From Paludibacteraceae bacterium (GTDB lineage: Bacteria > Bacteroidota > Bacteroidia > Bacteroidales > Paludibacteraceae): a stretch of DNA of 61,529 nucleotides. The DNA is taken from assembly GCA_036308065.1 (NCBI GenBank), contig JAXJWL010000148.1:1-61529 (forward strand), in the 5' to 3' direction. Position numbers and translations under genes: made by a program. The notes under the pieces were generated by a model. The model saw only the letters and a program-made list of their open reading frames with translations, searched no databases and had not been told where the DNA came from. How positions within the stretch are numbered: position 1 is the stretch's first letter; the number at the start of each line of letters is the position of its first letter. Of this stretch, positions 1 to 9,380 are shown in pieces.

Positions 1-1557
1 ACTCTAGACGGCGTAGAACGTTCTCTTGGCGAAAACGACCTAATGATTTGCAACGCAGAAGAAGGTATGTGTATTGCTGGTGTATTTGGTGGTTTAGACT
101 CTGGCGTAACAGAAAGCACCACTAAAGTGTTCATCGAAAGTGCATATTTCAACCCAGTGAGCATTAGAAAAACAGCTCGTCGCCATGGCTTAAATACCGA
201 CGCATCTTTCCGCTACGAACGTGGTTGCGACCCAAATATCACCCTTTATGCACTTAAACGTGCTGCTACACTTATTCAAGAAGTAGCAGGTGGTCAAATT
301 TCATCAAATATTATAGACATTTACCCAAATCCAATTGAAGATTTCAAAGTAAGTGTTACTTATAATAAAATAAACTCACTTATCGGTGCTGAAATTTCTA
401 AAGAAACTGTTAAACAAATCCTTTCAGGACTAGAAATTAAGATAGAAAGCGAAACAGAAGAAGAACTAAATCTTCTTGTTCCTCCATACAGAGCAGACGT
501 AAAACGTGACGTGGACGTAATAGAAGACATCCTTCGTGTTTACGGATACAACAATGTAAACCCAGGAGTTTCACTTCAATCTGCTATCAGCTATTCTAAA
601 CAACCAGACTCAACAAAACTTCAAAACAAAGTTTCTGATTTCCTTTCTGGTGCTGGATTTAATGAAATCTTAAACAACTCATTAACAAAGGTTTCATATT
701 ACAACGACTTGAAATCTTATCCAGTAGAAAACGCTGTAAAAATAATGAACCCACTTGGTACAGACTTAAGTGTAATGCGTCAAACACTTCTTTTCGGAGG
801 TCTTGAAAGCATTTCTAGAAACTTAAATCACCGTCAAAACCGTATTTGCATGTACGAGTTTGGCGAATGCTACCACTACAATAGTGAAAACAAAAAAGAA
901 GATAACGTGCTTTCTGCATACTCAGAAGAACTTCACCTAGGTATGTGGCTTGCCGGCAACCACACAAATGCAACTTGGGCAGATAAAGAACGCAAATTCT
1001 CTTTCTTCGATCTTAAAGCATACGTGGTTTCTTCTCTTACTCGCATTGGCATTAAAGCAGAAGCTTGCGTTTCTTCTAAAAACGAAGAAGACATCTTCAG
1101 CCAAGGCATCAACATCTGCACAAGAGGAGGCAAATGCCTAGTAAGCATGGGTATTGTAAGCAAAAAATTACTTAAAGCATTCGACATCAATACAGATGTA
1201 TTCTTTGCTGATTTCAACTGGAAACTTATCCTTAAACAACTTAAAAACAGCAAAGTAACATACAAAGACATTCCTAAATTCCCAGAAGTAAAACGTGACC
1301 TTGCTCTACTTTTAGACAAAAACGTAAACTTCGAGGAAGTAGAAAAAATAGCTTACGAAACAGAACGTAAACTCCTTAAAAATGTAGTATTATTCGACGT
1401 TTACGAAGGTAAAAACCTAGAAGAAGGCAAAAAATCTTACGCTATCAACTTCACCCTTCAAGACGCAGAAAAAACTCTTCAAGACAAACAAATTGACAAG
1501 GTAATGCAAAACCTTATCAAAGCGTACGAAACAAAACTTGGAGCTAAAATTAGATAA
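1..1557 (+). CDS. pheT: Phenylalanine--tRNA ligase beta subunit, C-terminal part. The ORF is open from base 1, so the 5' end lies outside the window.
   Basis: Frame 1 is open from position 1 (TLDGVERSLGENDLMICNAEEG...). B3/4, B5 and the C-terminal FDX-ACB-like region (FDVYEGKNL..KSYAINFTLQ) are typical of PheT. Confidence 0.9.
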   Translation, partial: TLDGVERSLGENDLMICNAEEGMCIAGVFGGLDSGVTESTTKVFIESAYFNPVSIRKTARRHGLNTDASFRYERGCDPNITLYALKRAATLIQEVAGGQISSNIIDIYPNPIEDFKVSVTYNKINSLIGAEISKETVKQILSGLEIKIESETEEELNLLVPPYRADVKRDVDVIEDILRVYGYNNVNPGVSLQSAISYSKQPDSTKLQNKVSDFLSGAGFNEILNNSLTKVSYYNDLKSYPVENAVKIMNPLGTDLSVMRQTLLFGGLESISRNLNHRQNRICMYEFGECYHYNSENKKEDNVLSAYSEELHLGMWLAGNHTNATWADKERKFSFFDLKAYVVSSLTRIGIKAEACVSSKNEEDIFSQGINICTRGGKCLVSMGIVSKKLLKAFDINTDVFFADFNWKLILKQLKNSKVTYKDIPKFPEVKRDLALLLDKNVNFEEVEKIAYETERKLLKNVVLFDVYEGKNLEEGKKSYAINFTLQDAEKTLQDKQIDKVMQNLIKAYETKLGAKIR

Positions 1558-1586
1558 ACCAAAACTCGCATAGCGAGTTACCTATT

Positions 1587-1748
1587 AAAAGCACCCTTTA
1601 GGGTGCAATCGAGTTGTAACCCTGTCTCAAGCGGAGCGCGAGGCGGGGACAGAAAGATACCGATTAAACTCCACCCGCTAGGGTGGCACAGAGTTGTAAC
1701 CCCGTCTCAGAGGAGCAAAGCGACGGCGAGGCGGGGACAGAAAAAAAA
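1587..1748. repeat. Dispersed double-hairpin repeat, family A, two tandem ~70-nt units
   Basis: Each unit is CACCC-N3/4-GGGTG, then GAGTTGTAA, then CCCCGTCTC-N14-GAGGCGGGG, then ACAGAAAGA. A near-identical dimer is at 4770-4921. Confidence 0.85.
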
Positions 1749-1772
1749 TAAACATATAAACTAAATAATATC

Positions 1773-2489
1773 ATGGGAAGAGCATTTGAATATCGCAAAG
1801 CGACCAAAATGAAACGTTGGGGAAACATGGCCCGCGTTTTCACCAAAATTGGTAAACAAATTACTATAGCTGTACGTGAATCTGGTAGTGATCCAAACGG
1901 CAACCCACGTCTTAGAATGCTTATGCAACAAGCTAAGAAAGAAAACATGCCTAAGGAAAACGTAGAACGCGCTATCAAAAAAGCATTATCAAAAGATGAA
2001 GCAGATTACAAGGAATTAAACTATGAAGGATACGGTCCTCACGGCATCGCTATCTTCGTAGAAACAGCTACCGACAACCACAACCGTACAGTATCAAACA
2101 TCCGTAGCTACTTTACAAAACACGGTGGTTCTCTAGGCACATCTGGCTGTCTTCAATTCCTTTTCGACCACAAATGTGTGTTCTCAATCGTACCAAAAGA
2201 AGGTATGGAACTTGAAGAACTAGAATTAGAACTTATCGACTTCGGTGTAGAAGAATTAGACAAAGATGACGAAGGCAACATCGTATTCTACGGCGACTTC
2301 CAATCTTATTCTGCTATCCAAAAATATCTAGAAGACAACAACTTTGATATCAACAGTGCAGAGTTTGAACGTATTCCAAACGACTACAAAACTCTAACTG
2401 AAGAACAAAAAGCATCAGTTCAAAAACTTCTTGATAAGATTGAAGAAGACGAAGACGTACAAAACGTATATCACAATATGGCTGAGTAA
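1773..2489 (+). CDS. yebC: YebC/PmpR family DNA-binding transcriptional regulator
   Basis: 238 aa. N-terminus MGRAFEYRKATKMKRWGNMARVFTK, and the overall length is typical of the YebC family. Confidence 0.9.
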   Translation: MGRAFEYRKATKMKRWGNMARVFTKIGKQITIAVRESGSDPNGNPRLRMLMQQAKKENMPKENVERAIKKALSKDEADYKELNYEGYGPHGIAIFVETATDNHNRTVSNIRSYFTKHGGSLGTSGCLQFLFDHKCVFSIVPKEGMELEELELELIDFGVEELDKDDEGNIVFYGDFQSYSAIQKYLEDNNFDINSAEFERIPNDYKTLTEEQKASVQKLLDKIEEDEDVQNVYHNMAE

Positions 2490-2490
2490 T

Positions 2491-3012
2491 TTATACTCGC
2501 TGTAGGAAATGACAATAAGCAGCAGCAACGGCGTCGGTTGCATCAAGTTTTTTAGGAAGTTCTTCCTTTGAAATACAAAGCAATCGGCGAACCAAGTCTG
2601 CCACCTGTTCTTTAGAGGCTCCACCATTGCCGGTGAGAGCCATCTTTATTTTTAGAGGGCTATATTCGTACACTTTAAGTCCTGCCTGCATACATGCAGC
2701 AATAGCCACACCCTGAGCACGACCAAGTTTTAGCATCGACTGCACATTTTTGCCATAGAAAGGCGCTTCGATAGAAAGTATTTCAGGGTCAAATTCGTTG
2801 ATAATTTCTGTAACACGAGTGAAAATCTTGTTGAGTTTGTCGTAGTGAGTTTCGCAATCTTTAAAGTCGATTACACCCATTGTAAGCAGAGTTGCTTTGT
2901 TCCCCACTGTCTTTATCACCCCATATCCCATCACAGTAGTACCAGGGTCGACACCTAAAATCACTTGCTCTCTGCGTTGCAGATTTCTCAAACTTATCAC
3001 ACTCATATACAA
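2491..3012 (-). CDS. ruvC: Crossover junction endodeoxyribonuclease RuvC
   Basis: ILGVDPGTTVMGYGVI N-terminal catalytic motif and ~170 aa length. The start may be the ATG at 3006. Confidence 0.88.
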   Translation of the reverse strand: MYMSVISLRNLQRREQVILGVDPGTTVMGYGVIKTVGNKATLLTMGVIDFKDCETHYDKLNKIFTRVTEIINEFDPEILSIEAPFYGKNVQSMLKLGRAQGVAIAACMQAGLKVYEYSPLKIKMALTGNGGASKEQVADLVRRLLCISKEELPKKLDATDAVAAAYCHFLQRV

Positions 3013-3016
3013 GACT

Positions 3017-3913
3017 TTATCTTAAACGAGCATCTGCTCCCCACATTAGTTTTTCACGAAGTGTATTGAAGTATGTATGATTCAATCTCTTTGCCACTTT
3101 CACAGAATAAGTCGCTTTTTCTATACTCAAACGAACACTGTTTGTGCATAGTGAAGAACGTCCATCTAGCGACACCAAGAAATGATTTGTGCGACTTTCT
3201 ACCTCAAGTTCTATTTTCCAATTGTCTGGAATAATTACTGGACGTAAATTTAAACTATGAGGAGCCACAGGAGATAGCATAAACGATTTATTTTCTGGCA
3301 TCATAATAGAAGCCCCCACACTAAGAGCGTATGCTGTACTACCTGTTGGAGTAGAGATTAAAAGACCATCGGCTCTATATGTGCAAAGATACTCTCCGTT
3401 AATAATCGTGTGCACACGAATCATAGAAGAAGAGTCCTGTTTAAGCACCGCTATCTCGTTGAGTGCCACAGAATTAAGTTCATTATCACTTCTTTTCAAA
3501 GAAAGCACAGAACGCTCTTCAATAGTGAAACCAGAAGAGAAAATTTCATTGATTGCAGTAGTAATTTCGTCGCCTGGCACATCCACCAAGAAACCCAAAT
3601 TGCCAAGGTTTATACCCAAAATTGGAATACTCGCCTCGCCAATTTTATACGCAGTTCTCAAAAAAGTACCATCACCACCAAGACTCAAAGCCAAATCTAC
3701 AGAAGGATAATCTTCCTTTTTCAACAAACTATACTTAGGCAAATCTTCAATGTGACTTCCCACTACAAATCCATTCACCTCAGCATCTAAAAGAATCTCC
3801 ACAGACTTGTTTTCCAATACAGTAAACAAATCTCTTAGCGCTTTTGAAAATCCATTTTTACGAACACTACCAAAAATGGCTACTTTCTTTATTTGTGTAA
3901 AACTTTCTAACAT
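3017..3913 (-). CDS. nadK: NAD+ kinase
   Basis: GGDGTFL motif (LSLGGDGTFLRTA), 298 aa, PpnK family architecture. Confidence 0.88.
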   Translation of the reverse strand: MLESFTQIKKVAIFGSVRKNGFSKALRDLFTVLENKSVEILLDAEVNGFVVGSHIEDLPKYSLLKKEDYPSVDLALSLGGDGTFLRTAYKIGEASIPILGINLGNLGFLVDVPGDEITTAINEIFSSGFTIEERSVLSLKRSDNELNSVALNEIAVLKQDSSSMIRVHTIINGEYLCTYRADGLLISTPTGSTAYALSVGASIMMPENKSFMLSPVAPHSLNLRPVIIPDNWKIELEVESRTNHFLVSLDGRSSLCTNSVRLSIEKATYSVKVAKRLNHTYFNTLREKLMWGADARLR

Positions 3914-3942
3914 TTATTAATAGAAAAAAGGTAATAATTTTG

Positions 3943-3950
3943 TATCTTTG
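3943..3950 (+). promoter_or_regulatory. Bacteroidota-type -7 promoter box (TATCTTTG) upstream of pdxJ
   Basis: Matches the TAnnTTTG consensus. It lies 53 nt upstream of the pdxJ ATG. Confidence 0.45.
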
Positions 3951-4002
3951 CTCGTTGATAATATAGAGTTAGATACTGCAAAGTAAACTATTTTTTACGA
4001 AA

Positions 4003-4719
4003 ATGACAAAATTAAGTGTAAATATAAATAAAATAGCTACAATTCGTAATGCCCGCGGAGGCAATACGCCTAATCTTTTACAAGTAGCTTTAGATTGCGA
4101 AAAGTTTGGTGCTCAAGGGATTACAGTACACCCTCGCCCAGATGAAAGACATATTAGATATTCAGACGTACGTGAGTTAAAACCTCTACTTACAACTGAA
4201 TTTAACATTGAAGGTTACCCATGCAAGTCTTTTATCGACCTTGTTACAGAGGTAAAACCTGCTCAAGTGACCCTTGTGCCAGACCCACCAGAAGCATTAA
4301 CTTCAAATGCAGGTTGGGACACTATCAAAAACAAAGATTTTCTTATCGAAGTGGTTTCTGAGTTTAAGAAACACGGCATTCGTACTTCTATTTTCACAGA
4401 CACTCGCAAAGAAATCATTGCAGCAGCCGCAAAAATTGGCACTGATAGAATAGAACTTTACACCGAACCATACGCTGCAAACTACGCTAAAGGCAGAGAA
4501 GAAGCAGTTGCACCTTTTGCTGAAGCTGCACTTTTCGCTTCTGAATGTGGACTAGATGTAAATGCAGGTCACGACCTAAGCCTAGAAAACCTAAATTATT
4601 TCTTCGAGAAAGTACAACCTCTTAGCGAAGTATCTATTGGTCACGCACTTATCTCAGACGCCCTATATTTAGGGTTAGAAGAAACTATTAAGCAATACCT
4701 TGCTCAGTTACAAAAATAA
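4003..4719 (+). CDS. pdxJ: Pyridoxine 5'-phosphate synthase
   Basis: [17 protein letters not shown]-terminal signature, 238 aa. Confidence 0.92.
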   Translation: MTKLSVNINKIATIRNARGGNTPNLLQVALDCEKFGAQGITVHPRPDERHIRYSDVRELKPLLTTEFNIEGYPCKSFIDLVTEVKPAQVTLVPDPPEALTSNAGWDTIKNKDFLIEVVSEFKKHGIRTSIFTDTRKEIIAAAAKIGTDRIELYTEPYAANYAKGREEAVAPFAEAALFASECGLDVNAGHDLSLENLNYFFEKVQPLSEVSIGHALISDALYLGLEETIKQYLAQLQK

Positions 4720-4769
4720 ACACGGACACAGCACGCTGTGTCCCTACATTATACATAAAAATACAGATT

Positions 4770-4921
4770 AAAGGCACCCGCAGGGTGCAATCGAGTTGTA
4801 ACCCCGTCTCAAGCGGAGCGCGAGGCGGGGAACATAAAGAAACCGATTAAACTCCACCCGTCAGGGTGGCACAGAGTTGTAACCCCGTCTCAAGCGGAGC
4901 GCGAGGCGGGGACAGAAAGAT
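4770..4921. repeat. Dispersed double-hairpin repeat, family A, second locus (two tandem units)
   Basis: Near-identical to 1587-1748, including GAGTTGTAACCCCGTCTCAAGCGGAGCGCGAGGCGGGGACAGAAAGA. Confidence 0.85.
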
Positions 4922-4945
4922 AAAAAAAACACTAAAAACATAACA

Positions 4946-5647
4946 ATGAACCTATTACAAATTACAGACGTAGCACTTACAACAGCTATCGATAGCACAG
5001 CAATGGCAACAGCAGATGTTGCACAAATGAATTATTGGGAAATGGCAAAAAAAGGTGGTCCATGGATTATGATTCCACTTTTAATCCTTTCTATTATGGC
5101 AGTTTACATCTTCATTGAAAGATATGTTGCCATTAAAAAAGCATCAAAAGAAGACAAAACCTTCATGGATAGAATCAAAGACTATATCACCGAAGGCAAA
5201 CTAGACTCTGCTACCAAACTTTGCCAACAAGCAAACAACCCAATGGCTCGTATGGTAGAAAAAGGTATTTCACGCCTTGGCAAACCAATGAACGACATTC
5301 TTGTAGCAATTGAAAACGTAGGTAACATAGAAACCAACAAACTAGAAAAAGGATTCAACATGCTTGCGACCATCTCTGGTGGTGCTCCTATGCTTGGTTT
5401 CTTGGGTACCGTTATTGGTATGGTCCAAGCATTCTACGACATGGCAAACGCAGGCAACAACATCGACATCACAGTGCTTTCAAACGGTATCTACACCGCT
5501 ATGATTACCACTGTTGCAGGTCTTGTTGTAGGTATTATCGCATTCTTTGCATACAACTTCCTAGTTTCTATGCTAGATTCTGTAGTACAAAAAATGGAAC
5601 ACCGTACTATGGAATTTATGGACTTACTAAACGAACCTATAAAATAA
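4946..5647 (+). CDS. exbB: MotA/TolQ/ExbB proton-channel family protein
   Basis: 233 aa. Three hydrophobic segments and a conserved C-terminal region (GGAPMLGFLGTVIGMVQAF). It is followed by exbD and tonB-like genes. Confidence 0.88.
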   Translation: MNLLQITDVALTTAIDSTAMATADVAQMNYWEMAKKGGPWIMIPLLILSIMAVYIFIERYVAIKKASKEDKTFMDRIKDYITEGKLDSATKLCQQANNPMARMVEKGISRLGKPMNDILVAIENVGNIETNKLEKGFNMLATISGGAPMLGFLGTVIGMVQAFYDMANAGNNIDITVLSNGIYTAMITTVAGLVVGIIAFFAYNFLVSMLDSVVQKMEHRTMEFMDLLNEPIK

Positions 5648-5651
5648 GTTT

Positions 5652-6065
5652 ATGGCATTAAAGAAAAGAAATAAGGCAAGTGCTAGTTTTAGCATGTCGT
5701 CTATGACAGACTTAGTGTTTCTACTTTTGATTTTCTTCATGATTACATCAACAGTAGTTACTCCAAGTGCTATTAAACTTCTTTTACCTCAAAGTAGTTC
5801 ACAAGCATCTGCAAAACCACTTACCCGCGTATACATAGACTCAAACATCAATTTCTATGTTGCCGAAGGCAAAAATAAAGAACGCCAAGTGGCATTTGAA
5901 GACATTGAACCATTTCTAAAATCTGTAGTACTTGCAGAACCAGAAATGTACATTGCGCTTTACGCAGATGAAAGTGTACCTTATAGAGAAATAGTAAAAG
6001 TTCTAAACATAGCTAATAAAAACAAGTTTAAATTAGTTATTGCTACTCGTCCTGTACGCGAGTAA
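5652..6065 (+). CDS. exbD: ExbD/TolR family biopolymer transport protein
   Basis: 137 aa with an N-terminal TM segment (MTDLVFLLLIFFMITS) and a typical ExbD periplasmic domain. Confidence 0.88.
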   Translation: MALKKRNKASASFSMSSMTDLVFLLLIFFMITSTVVTPSAIKLLLPQSSSQASAKPLTRVYIDSNINFYVAEGKNKERQVAFEDIEPFLKSVVLAEPEMYIALYADESVPYREIVKVLNIANKNKFKLVIATRPVRE

Positions 6066-6086
6066 TACATTCTGTATCAACAAATA

Positions 6087-7001
6087 ATGAGTAAAAAGAA
6101 AAAAGATAACGATAGTAAGATAGCTGGTACCATTGGCACTATTGTGGTACACGCTTTACTTCTTCTTGTGCTTATTTTCACAGGAATTTCTACTATTATT
6201 CCAGATACAGAAGAAGGTCTTTCTGTAAACTATGGCACCAACATGGACTTAGGCGACGGTCTTTTTGAACCTGCTCCACAAAGTGCAATAGAAGACCAAC
6301 TTGTAGAAGAACCAAAGGTAGAACCTGTTCAACCAACAAGTCCTCCTCCTGCTCCTGCAGAGCCAGACATTGTGGAAGAAGAAATGGAAACTCAAGACAT
6401 TGAGGAATCTCTTGCCATAAAGAAAGCTAAGGAAGAAGCAGAAAAGAAACGTAAAGAGGAAGAAAAACGTAAGGCAGAAGAAAAGCGCAAAGCTGAGGAA
6501 GAAGCAAAACGCATTGCTGAGGAAAAACGTAAAGCAGAAGAGAAAAAGAAAGCCGAAGAAGCTAAAAAACAACAAATTGCTAACGCTCTTAAAGGTGCAT
6601 TCTCTACAGCAGGACAAACCTCAAACACCACTTCTACTGGTCAAGGCAACACTGGCACAGCAGGAAATAAAGGAAATCCTTTTGGTGATGCAAATTCAAA
6701 CTCTTACGAGGGTGGAGGCACAGGCAACGGACATAGTTACAACCTTAATGGACGTACAATAAACGGCGGACTACCTACTCCACAATACAATAGAAACGAA
6801 GAAGGTGTAATCGTGGTGAGCATAGAAGTAAACCCAGCAGGTACTGTAGTTTCTGCGAAAGCAGGTGCACTTGGTACCACAATTATAGATGCTTCACTGA
6901 GAAAAGAAGCAGAAAAAGCAGCTATGAAAGCGAAGTTCAATGCCATAGGTGGCACCACACTTCAGTCTGGAACAATAACATATAGATACAAACTAAATTA
7001 A
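6087..7001 (+). CDS. TonB/TolA-like energy transducer with a long K/E/A-rich linker
   Basis: N-terminal TM anchor, a Pro-rich stretch (PVQPTSPPPAPAEP), a KAEEKRKAEE low-complexity linker and a TonB-C-like end (GVIVVSIEVNPAGTVVSAKA). It follows exbB and exbD. Confidence 0.75.
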   Translation: MSKKKKDNDSKIAGTIGTIVVHALLLLVLIFTGISTIIPDTEEGLSVNYGTNMDLGDGLFEPAPQSAIEDQLVEEPKVEPVQPTSPPPAPAEPDIVEEEMETQDIEESLAIKKAKEEAEKKRKEEEKRKAEEKRKAEEEAKRIAEEKRKAEEKKKAEEAKKQQIANALKGAFSTAGQTSNTTSTGQGNTGTAGNKGNPFGDANSNSYEGGGTGNGHSYNLNGRTINGGLPTPQYNRNEEGVIVVSIEVNPAGTVVSAKAGALGTTIIDASLRKEAEKAAMKAKFNAIGGTTLQSGTITYRYKLN

Positions 7002-7006
7002 TATAT

Positions 7007-8173
7007 ATGAGTAATCAACGTTACATGATGCGCGGTGTTTCTGCATCAAAAGAAGATGTACATAACGCCATTAAGAATATTGATAAAGGTCTTTACCCAA
7101 AGGCATTCTGTAAAATAATCCCTGATATTCTAGGCGGAGACCCAGAATATTGCAACATTATGCACGCAGATGGTGCAGGTACAAAATCTTCACTAGCATA
7201 TCTTTATTGGAAAGAAACTGGTGATATTTCTGTATGGAAAGGCATTGCGCAAGACGCATTAATCATGAATATCGACGACCTTCTTTGCGTAGGTGCTGTG
7301 GACAATATCCTAGTATCTTCTACCATTGGTCGTAACAAACTTTTAGTTCCAGGTGAAGTGATTTCAGCTATCATCAATGGTACTGACGAACTTCTAGAAG
7401 AACTTCGTGAAATGGGTGTTGGCGTTTACGCTACTGGTGGTGAAACTGCAGACGTAGGCGACCTTGTACGTACTATTATCGTAGACAGCACCGTTACTTG
7501 CCGTATGAAACGTAGCGACGTAATCAACAATGCAAATATTGCTCCTGGAGATGTGATTGTAGGTCTTGCTTCTTACGGACAAGCTACTTACGAAAAATCA
7601 TACAACGGCGGTATGGGTAGCAATGGTCTAACATCTGCTCGTCACGACGTGTTCGCTAAATATTTAGCAGAAAAATATCCAGAAAGCTACGATGCTGGTG
7701 TACCTAGTGAACTTATCTACTCAGGTGGTTTAAAACTTACCGACGAAGTAGAAGGTAGCCCTATTGACGCAGGCAAACTAGTACTTTCTCCAACTCGTAC
7801 ATACGCACCTGTTGTGAAAAAACTATTAGACGCACTTCGTCCAAACATTCACGGTATGGTTCACTGCTCTGGTGGTGCACAAACCAAGATTCTTCACTTC
7901 GTGGAAAATGTTCACGTTATTAAAGACAACCTATTCCCTATTCCTCCACTATTCAAAACTATTCAAGAACAAAGTGGTACAGATTGGGCAGAAATGTACA
8001 AGGTATTTAATATGGGACATCGTCTTGAAGTTTATCTACCAGAAGAATTTGCTGCTGAAGTAATTGAAATAAGCAAATCATTTGGCATCGATGCTCAAAT
8101 TGTGGGTCGTGTAGAAGCATCAGACCACACACACCTAACTATTAAAAGCGAAAAAGGAACATTTGAATATTAA
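7007..8173 (+). CDS. purM: Phosphoribosylformylglycinamidine cyclo-ligase (AIR synthase family)
   Basis: HADGAGTKS motif and AIR-synthase N and C domains, 388 aa. Confidence 0.8.
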   Translation: MSNQRYMMRGVSASKEDVHNAIKNIDKGLYPKAFCKIIPDILGGDPEYCNIMHADGAGTKSSLAYLYWKETGDISVWKGIAQDALIMNIDDLLCVGAVDNILVSSTIGRNKLLVPGEVISAIINGTDELLEELREMGVGVYATGGETADVGDLVRTIIVDSTVTCRMKRSDVINNANIAPGDVIVGLASYGQATYEKSYNGGMGSNGLTSARHDVFAKYLAEKYPESYDAGVPSELIYSGGLKLTDEVEGSPIDAGKLVLSPTRTYAPVVKKLLDALRPNIHGMVHCSGGAQTKILHFVENVHVIKDNLFPIPPLFKTIQEQSGTDWAEMYKVFNMGHRLEVYLPEEFAAEVIEISKSFGIDAQIVGRVEASDHTHLTIKSEKGTFEY

Positions 8174-8176
8174 TTT

Positions 8177-9280
8177 ATGTCTGCATTATTAGAAAAAATA
8201 GAAGGTTTATATCATAAGTTTGAGGAAGTTTCTACCCTTATCACAGACCCTGCTGTGATTTCTGATATGAAACGTTTCGTAAAACTAAACAAAGAATATC
8301 GTGACCTAGAACAAATTGTAAATGCAGGTAACAGATATAAAACTCTACTTCAAAACATAGCTGGGGCGAAAGAAATTCTAGAAACAGAAAACGACCCAGA
8401 CCTACGCGAAATGGCTAAAGCCGAACTTGACGAACTTGAACCTCAAGTGGCACCAATGGAAGAAGAAATCAAGATTCTTCTTATTCCATCAGACCCAGAA
8501 GACGCTAAAAATGCGATTGTGGAAATCCGTGGTGGTACTGGTGGTGATGAGGCGGCTATTTTCGCTGGCGACCTATTTAAAATGTATAGCAAATACTGCG
8601 AATCTAAAGGTTGGAGAGTAGAAGTAACAAATGCTAATGAAGGTACTGCTGGTGGTTACAAAGAAATTGTTTTCAATGTAACAGGCGAAGGCGTTTATGG
8701 CATTATGAAATATGAATCTGGTGTGCACCGTGTGCAACGTGTGCCTGCTACAGAAACCCAAGGTCGTGTTCACACATCTGCATCTACCGTAGCTGTGCTT
8801 CCAGAAGCCGACGAATTTGACGTAGAAATCAACGAAGGTGAAATCAAATGGGATACATTCCGTTCGTCTGGTGCTGGTGGTCAAAACGTAAACAAGGTAG
8901 AATCTGGTGTTCGCTTGCGTTATATGTGGAAAAACCCTGTTACAGGCACAGTTGAAGAAATTTTGATTGAATGTACAGAAACACGTGATCAACCTAAAAA
9001 CCGTGAACGTGCTCTTTCTCGTCTTAGAACAATGATTTACGACCGTGAACACCAAAAATATATCGACGATATTGCTTCACGTCGTAAAACAATGGTTTCT
9101 ACTGGCGACCGTAGTGCAAAGATTCGTACCTACAACTATCCACAAGGCCGTATCACAGACCACCGTATAAACTATACTATTTACAACTTAAACGCATTTA
9201 TGAATGGCGACATTCAAGACTGCATCGACAAACTGATAATAGCAGAGAATGCAGAAAGAATGAAAGAAAGTGAATTATAA
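8177..9280 (+). CDS. prfA: Peptide chain release factor 1
   Basis: GGQ motif (SGAGGQNVNKVES) and the RF1-type PAT tripeptide (RVPATETQGRVHTS). Confidence 0.93.
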   Translation: MSALLEKIEGLYHKFEEVSTLITDPAVISDMKRFVKLNKEYRDLEQIVNAGNRYKTLLQNIAGAKEILETENDPDLREMAKAELDELEPQVAPMEEEIKILLIPSDPEDAKNAIVEIRGGTGGDEAAIFAGDLFKMYSKYCESKGWRVEVTNANEGTAGGYKEIVFNVTGEGVYGIMKYESGVHRVQRVPATETQGRVHTSASTVAVLPEADEFDVEINEGEIKWDTFRSSGAGGQNVNKVESGVRLRYMWKNPVTGTVEEILIECTETRDQPKNRERALSRLRTMIYDREHQKYIDDIASRRKTMVSTGDRSAKIRTYNYPQGRITDHRINYTIYNLNAFMNGDIQDCIDKLIIAENAERMKESEL

Positions 9281-9284
9281 TATC

Positions 9285-9364
9285 TTATCGGTCACTGAGC
9301 CTGTCGAAGTGCCCGATAAAATTAAAATAAAATATGCGGGGGCTTCGACAAGCTCAGCCACCGT
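9285..9364. repeat. Family B hairpin repeat, two inverted copies (CTGAGCCTGTCGAAG / CTTCGACAAGCTCAG)
   Basis: TTATCGGTCACTGAGCCTGTCGAAGTGCCCGATAA is followed by the inverted copy GCGGGGGCTTCGACAAGCTCAGCCACCG. A third copy is at 37971-38006. Confidence 0.8.
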
Positions 9365-9380
9365 TTAAAAACAACATACT

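Noticed and set aside
933-1319. Antisense ORFs over 100 aa within pheT. Similar shadows occur within nadK, prfA (8573-9055), pyrF, lpxC, ilvD, ilvB, hsdR, hsdS, femAB and pulA.
   Set aside because: Each lies entirely inside a longer ORF with clear family motifs on the opposite strand or in another frame, and none shows recognisable motifs.
1587-4921. Possible CRISPR array, suggested by the repeated GC-rich hairpin units at 1587-1748 and 4770-4921
   Set aside because: There are only two adjacent units per locus and no unique spacers of regular length. The two loci are 3 kb apart and separated by housekeeping genes, and no cas genes are present. They behave like REP/MITE-type intergenic repeats.
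6249-6762. Several antisense or alternate-frame ORFs (6249-6617, 6392-6631, 6514-6762) inside the TonB-like gene
   Set aside because: They are artefacts of the purine-rich KAEE repeat, which keeps other frames open. Their translations are pure low complexity (F/L/S-rich or K-rich).
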